A stretch of DNA of 64,000 bases. Source: Cycas panzhihuaensis. Taxonomy: Eukaryota; Plantae; Cycadophyta. Shown here piece after piece: positions 37,455 through 49,094 of the stretch (its first letter is position 1; each line of letters starts with the position of its first letter). The position numbers and the translations under genes were made by a program. The notes under the pieces are model-generated. The model was not told where the DNA came from. It ran no database searches and saw nothing but the letters and a program-made list of their open reading frames with translations. Location: the NCBI GenBank assembly GCA_023213395.1, contig CM041465.1, positions 235,979,741-236,043,740 on the forward strand, given 5' to 3'.

Positions 37455-39540
37455 TATGGCCTTTTCTAGTATCACCATGATTGATAATTATGAGAACATT
37501 GGGTCCCAGATGTTAACATTAGTAGGGATGATGATTGATAGAGACTCAGATATTTTAAGACGTTATATACTCCTATGCGTGGTGAAATCATGCCAATTTA
37601 TCTTAGATCAAGGGTTGATGATTGATATAATGTTCCATTAGGACAAAAACTGCTAGACCTTTCAATTACCAAGCATGGATGACATCAAGATTATTGTAAG
37701 AGATATTTGATAGATTCTTAGAGTTCCATATAGTAGAGCATCACTATAGTTGAAGACCCTATTAAGTACATAAAATATCCATTGAGTTATTGCCTAGTTT
37801 TTCTATAGATGAGGTCACTGTGATTATTAGGGATGGAGTATATGATGAATGTTAAGTTTTAGGATCTCATGAGTTTGTAAGCTAATATTTTAAACCATTT
37901 TATACCAAATTTCTTGGAAACACAACTACTAAGAGAAACTAGGAGTATGGGCGGAGGTAGTAAGGAGGTGCAAGATAAGGGAGAGGCTAGATTGTGCCAT
38001 GTTAATAATGGCCAATGTGAAGATGCAATTGGATTAGATCCAGGTAACATGGGATGGTGGATTCTTATATTGCACTTTCCTTTAATGACAATTTTTCATC
38101 AACTTTCATGGAGTTAGATTGAGGATAGATCCCTAGTTAGCGGTAGATGGAGAGCCATTGGTTCATATGTGGCTAATGAGATTTAGGATCTTAAGCAAAC
38201 CAAAGCAGATGTCCCATATTGTGTATATTATAACATTAGATTGGTTATGGATCAATGATTATATCATTGATCCATACTAGGAGATATAGTGGGATCCAGA
38301 TAAGGAGATGAGGAGCTAGAGCAAGTAGTCAAAGAGGGGGGAGGGGTGTAGAAGAAGAGCCAGCCAAGAAGGGAGAGGCCGAGAGAGGGGGTAACAATAG
38401 GTGAGGGTGAGGCAGTGGGACTTAGTGACTATATACATCTCCACTTACCCTATTTCCCTTAAGTATAATAATGATATAGCTTTGATTTTCTTTATTTATA
38501 TCAGTTTTAATTTTATATTTTATTATAATGATTGATTTTCATGTCTATTTGGATGGTAGAGAGAGACTTTATACCAAAGTTTATATAACTAGTAAATGAC
38601 AATCTCTTTCCTATGGCATATATGGAGGGGAAGCCTCCCATAGTAAATAGTGATGAGCCATCATCTACTTATCCCTAGATAACTATATTCACTCCCTTAG
38701 TCAAAGTATTAGAGATGTGGACCATAGATAAGTATAAGTTATAAGCTCATATTGGAGAGTTAGGGGGTGAGGAGAGAGGAGGAGCAACATCATGACTATG
38801 CTCTTACTTTAGGTGGTTCTTAGAGTAGAGATATAAATTATGTAGCATTCCAAAATATTGTCAAAAGTATAGCATATGACCATTCAAATCAAAGCTCTCT
38901 GAACGATGATTCCAACGGTCTAGACAAAAGTTAATTCTGACATCTGTATCAAAAGTTATGACCATTTAAAATTGGCATACCACTTGTAACAAATCGTTAC
39001 ACCAAAACCCCGAGGTATTAGTGAAGACCACCCAAGTGTGTAATAATACATCCCCCACAAGGCATCAATGTCTCGGTGACCCACTCTTGGTGATCCACTC
39101 TCGATAATTTTGTGCCCCATTAGGCCCTAGATGAACACTACTATGCCAGTGTTCTATCGAGGTTGTCCCCTCCGAGACTCGAACCCGTGACCTTGGCTCT
39201 GATACCACTTGTAACAACCTTATAGAATTCTTCTAATAAAAGATCTTGCAAATTACTGACGATAAAGAATCCCTCTTTTGACCATATTTTGGAATGCTAC
39301 AAATTATCATCTTAGAAGTACAACTAGAGGAGGTGAGATGGGAGAAGGATCAACTATAGATAAGATATAATCATCTAGTAGGCAGGATGATAGAGATGGT
39401 AGTGAGAATCTAGAGCAAGACCCACACAACCACTCCATAATAGTAGGCATATGATGAAGAGAGTAAGGTAGGGCTATCACATTGTCCTAGGACCACCTTA
39501 TGGGAGAGTTTAAAGACTCCATCATAGGGAGGGACCATGG
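37455..39540 (+). pseudogene. PMD gene remnant with intron 38463-38559, interrupted by the 461-bp insertion; antisense to the integrase at 40477-41050
   Basis: DQGLMIDIMFH*DKNC*TFQLPSMDDIKIIVRDI**ILRVPYS; RLDCAMLIMANV. Exon 2 (FLWHMEGKPPIV...FTPLVKVLEMW) aligns to the 60.6-kb copy. Confidence 0.65.
38841..39301. mobile_element. 461-bp insertion: solo-LTR-like shell with 27-bp terminal inverted repeats, containing a 225-bp TRIM-like unit
   Basis: TGTAGCATTCCAAAATATTGTCAAAAG ... CTTTTGACCATATTTTGGAATGCTACA (1 mismatch); TSD AATTA on both sides; internal PBS (39196-39207, minus), PPT (39051-39057) and a 16-bp direct repeat at 38977-38992 / 39202-39217. Confidence 0.9.
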
Positions 39541-40476
39541 TAGAGGGGGGGACATGTCATAATAGCATATTGATGTACTATAGGGATTTTTGGAATGGGC
39601 AAGTTGGGCTTACCAAGGTTAGGGAAAGTGTATTATAAAGCCCATTAGGTAATCATACATCCTACTAGGGCACTAACTCCCTCAACATACTCATGTATAT
39701 AAATCCATTTTGTTGATGATATGGAGATATATGGGAGTTGACTTGAGCTCCCAACATTTGACTCATCTTTATGTCTATTGATATAGATGTATGTTAGTTC
39801 CATATTGGTTGTTTTAACTTCAACTTTAGTTGTTTTTATACATTTACTTGACTATGCATTGTGGATTGTATCATGGCGCATATACAACACATAACGAGAT
39901 AATAAAAAAACTTACCAAAACACATGGAGCTCATAAGATGTAGTAGATAAGGGCTAGTTTATACTTATGGAGGGTATAATTCTCCCATAGGGATTGCCCA
40001 TGGGGAGAGCTACTCATAATGGAGTGAATGGTGCCATGATGGGCACTGGACAAAATCATACCTTATGGGCATAAAACTACAAAATATCAAACATAGTTTA
40101 GGCTCATTTTAGAGTAAATTAAAAGTGAAATAATAGGAAATAAAGTCTATATAGATGATAAAGAAAAGCAAGCATATATTTTTATTATTGTATTGGTTTT
40201 ATGATTTTTTAGGTTTTTCAATTAATATTTACAAATGTTAGTTTATACTCATAATGGAGTAATACCTAATTTATACTCATAGGGGAGCGTGGTGCTCCCA
40301 TAGGGTAGAACTCTACCACTGGTAAAGGACAGGGTGAGATGATAGGCCTAGTGTGACAACATGCCCCTAATGAGAACAATGTGTGGTGCCAAATAAAGGT
40401 AGTTTATGCTTATTTCAAAGCACACAAGGTAGTTTAGGCTTATTTCAGTGTAAGGGTGCCCCTAATGAAGGCAAGA

Positions 40477-41050
40477 TCAACTATATAATTTCTTAAGGAG
40501 TTATCATTAATACCCTTCTCAAACTAAATATCTTTGAGGGTCACAATATGATAGTCATCATTATCTAAGCTCTATAAAATAATGAATGGACTGACCCACT
40601 TGATATCGAACTTCTAGAGGTATTCATATAAGTAATCTAGCTTTAGGACCTTACCCTTAAGAGTAAACTATGTTTGTCTTAGATGTTTATCATGGGATTT
40701 TTGGGCCTTGGCCTTTTATGCAAGGTTAGCTTGATATATAGTAAGGCATTTTCATTTAATACCTTAAGATTAAGAAGATGAGCCTAATGATGCCATTACT
40801 CATTAATGAACCCTTTTAATGATACCCTTAGGGATGGGATTTTTACCTTAAGAAATAAGATAACTTCTAATCTATAGACTAGAGAAAAAGAGTCATGCCT
40901 ATGGCTATCTAAACACACATTTAATAATCCCATAGGGTAAGATAGAGCTATAAATGCTAATCTTATTAAGATTTAGTAATGATTTTTATTAGAAAATAAT
41001 GCTATCTTATGAAAATCTTGTATAAACTTATGTACTTTATATAAAATAAT
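40477..41050 (-). pseudogene. C-terminal integrase fragment of a Tat-like element
   Basis: KVLKLDYLYEYL*KFDIKWVSPFIIL*SLDNDDYHIVTL, homologous to 35890-36060 and 62028-62210. Confidence 0.75.
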
Positions 41051-41515
41051 ATTATGTTTTGTTCTAGTTTAAAAGTAGTTGATTGGGTAGTGAAACATTT
41101 GAGAGCAAGGGTGGAATGTAAATAACAAACCCAATGATACAAGCCTAGGGCACAAGTGGCAAGTATGCAAAGTGAAGGCAAAACTAAGCCTAACTCAAGG
41201 TGCTCGTACACCTCTTAGAAGTAGATGTGGGATGTATCATGCTTCTAAGCAACATAGGAGTGGCTAAACTAGGGCAACCCAAGTGTTCATGTGTAAATGT
41301 AAACAATTTTAATTTTTGATGGTGTGGGCCTATGGCAAGCTAAAGGAAGTGGGATTCACATTCACGTGCATCTATATGCTTTTCTTTTCTTTTTATTTAA
41401 TGAATGAAAGTACAACCCTAGCTAAAAAATACAATGTCATCCCATGGATTTGAGGACTTGCAACTATGCGATCCCTTCCTTCACTCAGGTTTTTGAAAGA
41501 TACAATGCAAGGACT

Positions 41516-41810
41516 TGAAAAGGGTTAATGACATAAGGTCATTACATTAGTTGATTATTTCGAAAAAGGGTCTTAAGTGAACTTTAAATTAGATCACTTA
41601 AGTGAAATTCACTTTCATGTGCATTATGTGTAATTTCATTTCACCTAACTCAAATGCTCCCTCTCTCAATATAAAAGTAAAGCTCAATGGAGGAGATTCA
41701 TTCTTACCTCCCCATTTTGTGAGAGCTACTTTCTCTCTCAAGTCTCTCTTGCTCCCATGTTTGCCTTTGTGTTTAGTGCATGGAGATGAAGGATAGATCC
41801 ACTCTTTTTA
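41516..41810 (+). repeat. copia 5' LTR (295 bp)
   Basis: Direct repeat of 48799-49094; TG start; terminal CA mutated to TA; TATA-like TATAAAA inside. Confidence 0.95.
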
Positions 41811-41812
41811 TA

Positions 41813-41824
41813 TGGTATCAGAGC
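41813..41824 (+). other. Primer-binding site, initiator tRNA-Met
   Basis: TGGTATCAGAGC, 2 nt after the 5' LTR. Confidence 0.95.
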
Positions 41825-43571
41825 TTGCTTCCTTCATATTCCCCACTTGCACTTGCAATGGAGCCATCACTTCCTTCTCCCCCACAATCCATGTGGTGAA
41901 GGAGATTGTGAAAGTGAATTTAGAAATATTTTCAAGTTATTATGATAGCATATTTTGTATTGTTTGCTTTTCCTTTCTCTTTTATAGGTTTGGAAGCATA
42001 ATACAAGGAGTTTTAAGGCCCAAGGATTCCAATCCTTTGCTGGCCATTCATGCTATCTCATTCTTCTTTTTCTTTTCCCTTTTTTGTCCATTTAACAAGG
42101 GAAAATGCTGCCGAAATTTTTCTAGCATTTAGAAGAATGATTGTAAGGGGAGTTTTTACCCATTTTTTTAAAAGAATTTTGATCCATTGAAAATATATAT
42201 CATTGTATGCTCTCACCTTGCCCATATTGGGATCCTGGTGATAAAAAAATGATGGAAATTTCATATGGTATCATGTGTTAATGAGATATTAGCAAGCTGA
42301 AATTTCTGCAGAAATGCAATTTGATTACTAAACTTCACAGGTCTGTAAAATCTTCTATAGAGATCCAATTGAAGTGATTCCAATTGTCAAAGATGGGGCT
42401 CTAAGTCTACTTTCTAGTGCAAAAACTAACACCTAATTTGGATGTCGTATGAGGAAGTTATTGCTGTTTTAGTGAACAACAGTTATTTTTAGTAAGAATT
42501 CTGGAAAAATATAATTTCCTAATTTTGTGGGGCTGTCAAAAACTTTCCAAAACTCATTTGGACCTAATTCCACTTCCTGGAGATGAAGCTCTGAGTCTAG
42601 TTTTCAGCACAAAAACCGGTACTCCATTTTGACATCGTGGGAGAAAGTTATTGCAGATTTAGTGAAGAGTACTTTTTTTGTATTAACAAAAAAAAGAAAA
42701 AAAAGTGAAGAAAATTTCTTCCTTTTTATAAGGCTTAAAAACCCATTGTAAAAGTGAGAAAAAAACACCTGGATCAGAGAAATATACGGTGTCCTCACTC
42801 ACTTATTAGCATTGCATTTCAACACTCTAAAATCACTCAAAGCAAGCACACCAAAGACACTTCAAGCAAGCACTTCATGCAAGCACTCCAAAAGCACTCC
42901 AAGCAAGCATTATTTTCAGTTAAATGTACGTTTGATGCAATTTGATAATCTTTTCACTCTTCCTAAAAGGAACACATCACGTACGTTATTTTCTACCATC
43001 TTGTACTTTTTCACACACTCGCCAAGGTTGATATACCTTGGTTGGCAGAATGCCATGCCATAAAGGAGGTGTGGGTTTCAAGTTGGGACTGGACTAAACC
43101 AGAATATTGGTGAGGTTTGGTTAGCCATACCATCGTGCCTCAATCAAGGATCATCCTGATAACCAACTGGGAAAATTGAAACTTTAATACAAGATTAAAA
43201 TATACCCAATCCAATATCCATCATAGCCATGGGTATGCACGTACCACTCTTTAGAGGAGGTATATAGCTGCTCATTGGTGAACTGGGTGAGGATTGGGAG
43301 TACTGGCTCCGTTGTGACTTGGATTTCATCACCAAGCATGATTGCGGGTATCGCGGGTGAAGGCCAAATTAATTCTACTAGAAGCCTAGGCATTCCTTCA
43401 ACAACCTCAACTACACGTTGGATACAAGTTAGAGGTTATTGGGTTGATTACGCATCCTACATTCGAGTTTCAAGTTGTGTAAACCCAATGATGTCAACTT
43501 CTACATTGGCCTACAATCTTGTATATTGATCACTTACTTATTTGTAAAAAGTGATCCATAGTGTAATCACA

Positions 43572-43699
43572 ATCATAGTGCTTCTCATATTCCTACTGCG
43601 TCAGGTTAATATTTGCCACAAGTGTTAGTGGCCAATTTTTATCATAGTGCTTCTCATATTCCTGCTGCGACAGGTTAATATTTGTCACAAGTATTGGTG
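43572..43699. repeat. ~59-bp duplication (period 69) upstream of copia gag
   Basis: atcatagtgcttctcatattcct(a/g)ctgcg(t/a)caggttaatatttg(c/t)cacaagt occurs twice. Confidence 0.9.
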
Positions 43700-43863
43700 A
43701 CTTTTCTCTAAGTTGCTCCCTTCATCTTTGAGTAACCATTCTCACTTCTTCTTCCTTTTTCTACACTACTTTATTACATTTCCCATTTGTAAATAGTGAT
43801 CGGTCATTTATTGCCATCACTTTTATAGTCCCTTGTTCATTTCTTCCCTTCTAAAAAGACATA

Positions 43864-46800
43864 ATGTCTTCACAGTTCAAGCAAAATGTGAACTGCATTC
43901 TAAAAGGGAAAGAAAATTGGGACATGTGGTTCACTGGTGTCAGAAATGCTGTAAAGTATGAAGGTCTATGGAGAGATCACTTACAACCTACACCACATTG
44001 CATTACATAGCTACCACAACTGCTTCAGTAGGAGGTGCTCCAACTGCTCCCACTGAAGCTGTAGCTAAACGCCAATGGGAACTTGATGATGATAAAATCT
44101 GTGTAGGGATACTACTTGTCACTGATTATTCCCTGCATAATCTCATTGATGAAGTTGTACATGATACAAAGATGGAAAGTTCTTGAAGTTCTTAAGAAGA
44201 ACTTTGACACTAAATCGAGACTTAAAATTTGTTCACTTAGTGTCAAGGTGAACAAATTGAAAATGCGAAAAGGACATGCAAGTGAGGCATTCAATCTCCT
44301 TCGTCAATCAAGCAAGCCATTGATAAAGATTTTAAAACTCAATGCATTACATGGGCTTTCTTGATTCAACATGTCTCCATATCCCGATTATAAAAATCTA
44401 TTGGGAGTCTTTAATCCGATGGAACTTTGAAGACCCTAAACTTTGAGGATCTTCCGATAAGTTCATTGAATTTGATAAGACCTTTGATACCAACTTTGCC
44501 ACTACATCAGATCCAATTGATGCTGCTTTTGAAGTGGAAGAAGATCTTTGTTACACCAAAAATCAAGGTCAATACTCTCGTAGAGGTGGTAATTCCTGTG
44601 GAAGAGGAAGAGGTAGACAACAAGGACAACGTCCTCTTAGTCAACAGGCTCCTCAATTCCAACAAAAACAGTCTCAAGGCCAAGGCCAAAATAATCAACC
44701 TAGACCTAGATCCAGTAATCAGAGACAATCTAGCCAGCCTAATACTTGGACTGGAAATCAAATAATCGTGTACCAAAGGTGTAATAGAAAAGGACATTAT
44801 GCCAAAAATTGCAGAACTGCCACCAACAAATTACCAAGTTATCAACAGCACCATGGTGCACATAATGTTGATAATACTTCTTTTGAAGATGCTTTTGGTG
44901 GAACGCAATTTGCTCATGCACACCTTCAAAGAATTGGGACCACTTCATCAAATGTTGTTGATAGATCCACTAAGTATATTGAGGCTCATTGTGGCTTTGC
45001 TTATTCACTTTTGCCTTCACCACTTGGAGTTGCAAATAGTGCTACCTCAAATACTTCATCGTGGATCATGGATCGGAGCAACACAACACATGACTTGTCA
45101 TCGCCAGCTCTTTCAAGATTTTGACTCAAGTTTGTGGTGTTGTACACATGGTCGACAAATCATCTCACCCGATAAGGACTTGAACTGCTGCACGAAACTC
45201 CTGTGCCTTCCAGATTTTACACTTGTTGATGTTTTATATATTCTCGCTCTAAAGCGTAATCGCCTCCCTATCCACCCTTGTCTCTCATGGATTTGATCTG
45301 AGTGTAACTGCAAACAATCAAACTCTCTGTGTCATTCACACTCCTTCAAATACTGTGGTTATGACCAGAATTCTTGATGGTAAACTTTTTTGCCTAACTG
45401 GCTCACCATCCTCTAAAGCCCACTATGTTGATGATGAATTTATTTTTACCACAACCCTGACTCCTCAAAAGTTGTCCCAAGTAGCTCTATGGCATGCTCA
45501 TATGGGCCATATCAAAATTGATCGCTTAAGAGAACTACAAGACACTCTTCCTAGTTTGCTTAAGTTCCCCTCTAAGCCCTTTAAATGTGAAGCATGTATT
45601 ATTGCTAAATCTCAAAGACAACCCTTTCCTCGTAGTCAGTGGAAATCGAGCCATCCTTTGCAACTTGTACACTCAGATATATGCGGTCCTATGCCCATCC
45701 CTTCTATCAAACAGAAGTGGTACTATATTACTTTCATTGATGATTTTACCAAGAAAGTATGGGTTGCTTTTCTTGCAAAGAAAGATGAAGCTTTTCTATG
45801 TTTCAAGCTTTTAAGGCCCGTGGAAAATGAATCGATTCAAGATCAAAATACTCGGGGATCGCAATGGTGGCGTAGTACACATCCAATGAGTTTGAATCGC
45901 ACTCACGCCAATATGGAATCAAACATCGGACCATTGCGGTGTACACCCCAAAGAAATGGAGTTGTCGAGCGCATGAACAGGACCATCATGAATATGGCTC
46001 ATGCTATGCTGGTATATAAGAATGTCCCTATCTATCTTTGGCCGAGGCTATCCGGACCGTGTATTGCATCAACACTGTTAGTCCCTCCAAGCTCGTCCCC
46101 TCTCCACATGAAATGTGGTATGGACAAACCCCCTCTATCTCCCACTTCAGAATTTTTGGCTCTACTTGTTATGCTCATATTTTGCAAGAACATAAAAATA
46201 AGCTCCAAGATAGAGCCATTAAAGGCATCTTTATCGGATACCCTATGGACAAAAAGGGATACAAGGTTTTTATACCTTCGGAGCACAAAATCATCATCAC
46301 TAGAGATGTTATCTTTGTAGAGACTGAAGATCAATTACTCAGACTTGACTCCAAGACGCCTTCATACCGATTTAATGATGCTACTGAATTTGATGTCCAG
46401 ATTCCAAAATTTAGGGGAGATGTCAATGATGCTTAAAATCTTGGAATCTGACAATAGAGCCTCAGAGGATACAAGCTGTGACTCCAATCCAATGTGTACA
46501 TATCCAGCACCATCATTTGTGAACAGCCAAGTTGACAAAGGCAAAGCCATAGCAGAAGGATCATCTTCTCCAACATCTGTGGCTGGCCCATCTTCTCCAG
46601 CATCGTTAACTTCCTCCGTGCCAAATATTTCACATGATCCTTTTCAAGATCAAAACGAAGATCAAGAGGTTGTGGAAATGAAAACCTCATTCCCAACTCG
46701 AGGTTTTCGTGAAGCCTACCAGCTACACAAGGACATGCGACCAGATGAGGTAGGTAAAACTGGCACTAGAAGTGCCCATAGAGCAAGGATGCATGAATCA

Positions 46801-48351
46801 CTTTCCGTTGAGCTTGAACCAAATAGAACCGCATCTTGCTCTTAATGAAGAGCCCCTAACGTACCAAGAAGCTGTAAAGCATGCAGCTTGGAGAAATGCC
46901 ATGAACGAAGAGTATCAATCTCTTATTAAGAATGGTACATGGGAGCTTGTTGATCTACCACTTGGAAGAAAGGTAGTTCAAAATAAATGGGTGTTCAAAA
47001 ACAAGTATAGATCAGATGGCACCCTAGAAAAATACAAGGCGAGGTTGGTAACAAAAGGATTCATGTAAAGGGAAAGTATTGACTACACTGAAATCTTTGC
47101 TCCCACAACCAAGTGGCCTACAATCAGAACTCTTATAGCCTTGGCTGCTCAACAGGGTTGGAAAATCCACCAACTTGATGTTAAGACCGCATTACTCAAT
47201 GGGGACCTTAAAGAAGAAATTTACATGGCTCATCCAGAAGGATACGAGATTGACGGTCAGGAGCATAAAGTTTGTAGGCTCAAAAAGTCCTTGTACGGAC
47301 TAAAGCAAGCCCCTCGTGCTTGGTTTACCAAGTTGTCTGAAAGAATGAGGCAACTTGGATATGAGGTTTGTGACTATCAAGATATTGATGCAACATTATT
47401 CATCAAGCACCAAAATGATAAAGTCACTTACCTCTTAATCTTTGTGGATGACATGCTCATAACAAGGAATAGTGAACAGGTAATCAGCCAGCTGAAGAAG
47501 GACCTTGCTAAAACTTTTGAATTGTCTGACCTCGGATTGATGAAATATTACTTGGGAATTGAAGTAACTCAAAAGGATGGCAAAATCTTTCTCTCCTAAG
47601 AAAAATATATCAATGATCTTCTGACAAAGTTTCAGTTGAAAGGTGCTCGACGAGTGGATACACCTATGGAGCCTAATATTAAGCTCTCAGTTGATGGTGA
47701 CAATAGGGAGGCAGACACAACACTCTACAGGCAACTTGTAGGTAGTCTCATCTATACTACCAACACAAGGCCAGATATTGCACACTGTCAAGATTCTTGC
47801 AAGATTCATGAAAATCCTAAGTAGAATCATTGGCAACACGAACACAGTGTTGAGGTACCTAAAGACGACTAGCAAATATGGTCATTGTATGAACCTAATG
47901 CGAATTTAAACTTTATGCATACATGCACTCGGACTTTGCAGAGATAAAGACACAGGAAGATCTACGTGCAGGTACGTAACATTTCTTGAACAAAGACCAA
48001 TATCATGGAGATCCAGACAAGAGAAGATAGTTGCAGACTCAATCAAGCCGAGTACATATCACGCTCGAGACAAGCAAGGAGGTGATATGGCTCAGAAAAT
48101 TATTGAATACATTAAATACCACCCAAACAAGTTCTACTAGCTTACATGTAGATAATCAATCTACAATCCAGATGGCTAAAAATCCTATATTTCATGATCG
48201 TACCAAACATATAAGTACAAAAGTCCACAGGATTAGAGAACCAGTTCATGATGGCATAATTCAATTGGAGTACTACCCCACAGCAGATGAAGTGGCCGAT
48301 ATCTTCACCAAAGGACTGAAGAGGGTGAAGTTTGAACAGTTTCGAAAGTAA
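43864..48351 (+). pseudogene. copia gag-pol, with frameshifts and stops as assembled
   Basis: LKGKENWDMW; zinc-knuckle remnant YQRCNRKGHYAKNC; LWHAHMGH...CEAC; LVHSDICGPM; QRNGVVERMNRT; KYKARLV; QLDVKTA; LKKSLYGLKQAPRAW; IFVDDML; HDRTKHI; ADIFTKGL. Confidence 0.95.
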
Positions 48352-48787
48352 CTCGGCCTTAGGGCCTCCATCTCTGACTGATTGAAGGAGATGACAATAG
48401 GACCATCATACTCTATCTCATTCGTGAAAACCCCTTGTGGGCGCGGAAGGACAAGAGTAAGTCTCTGCTCTATCCCATTCGTGAAAATCCCATGTGGGCG
48501 CGAAAGGATAAGGGTTGTATCATTTTGGAAAATCGTAACTGTGAAAACCTGAAAGGGCATGGGGGATGACCAAATGGTATATGGAGACTCAGTAGATTTC
48601 AGCTACAAAATTTATTGTCTTGATTGGCTATCTCGGCTACATTTAAAGAGTCGCTTGAGCGAGTTAGTAGATTAGAAAATTTGTAGGTTTTCTTCCACAA
48701 AAGTATCATACTAGTTTGCTTTGTAAGAGGCTCAAATGAAGACCTCATAGGATAGAATAAAATAGAATGAAATGACCTTCTACCATT

Positions 48788-48797
48788 AAGGGGGAGA
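48788..48797 (+). other. Polypurine tract of the copia element
   Basis: AAGGGGGAGA, 1 nt before the 3' LTR. Confidence 0.9.
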
Positions 48798-48798
48798 T

Positions 48799-49094
48799 TG
48801 AAAAGGGTTAATGACATAAGGTCATTACATTAGTTGATTATTTCAAAAAAGGGTCTTAAGTGAACTTTAAATTAGATCACTTAAGTGAAATGCACTTTCA
48901 TGTGCATTATGTGTAATTTCATTTCACCTAACTCAAATGCTCCCTCTCTCAATATAAAAGTAAAGCTCAATGGAGGAGATTCATTCTTACCTCCCCATTT
49001 TGTGAGAGCTACTTTCTTCTCTTAAGTCTCTCTTGCTCCCATGTTTGCCTTTGTGTTTAGTGCATGGAGATGAAGGATAGATCCACTCTTTTCA
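48799..49094 (+). repeat. copia 3' LTR (296 bp)
   Basis: TG...CA; ~98% identical to the 5' LTR. Confidence 0.95.

Larger units (their letters stand above)
41516..49094 (+). mobile_element. Young full-length Ty1/copia retrotransposon (7.6 kb)
   Basis: LTRs at 41516-41810 and 48799-49094 differ by about 4 substitutions and 1 indel. PBS, PPT and gag-INT-RT-RH order are present. No matching TSD (GGACT vs TGGTT). Confidence 0.95.

Noticed and set aside
38985-39050. Cassandra TRIM with a 5S rRNA-derived LTR
   Set aside because: Only CTTGGG resembles 5S; the A- and C-box sequence (AGTTAAGCG...AGGATGGGTGACC) is absent.
39160-39215. tRNA gene
   Set aside because: Only a T-arm/B-box is present. There is no anticodon arm or acceptor stem, and the adjacent sequence is a PBS.
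39541-39560. PPT plus LTR start (AGAGGGGGGGACA-TGT) making the PMD gene a sense ORF of the + element
   Set aside because: No partner LTR was found, and the downstream sequence is the post-integrase region of the minus-strand element, matching the antisense layout at 59-62 kb.
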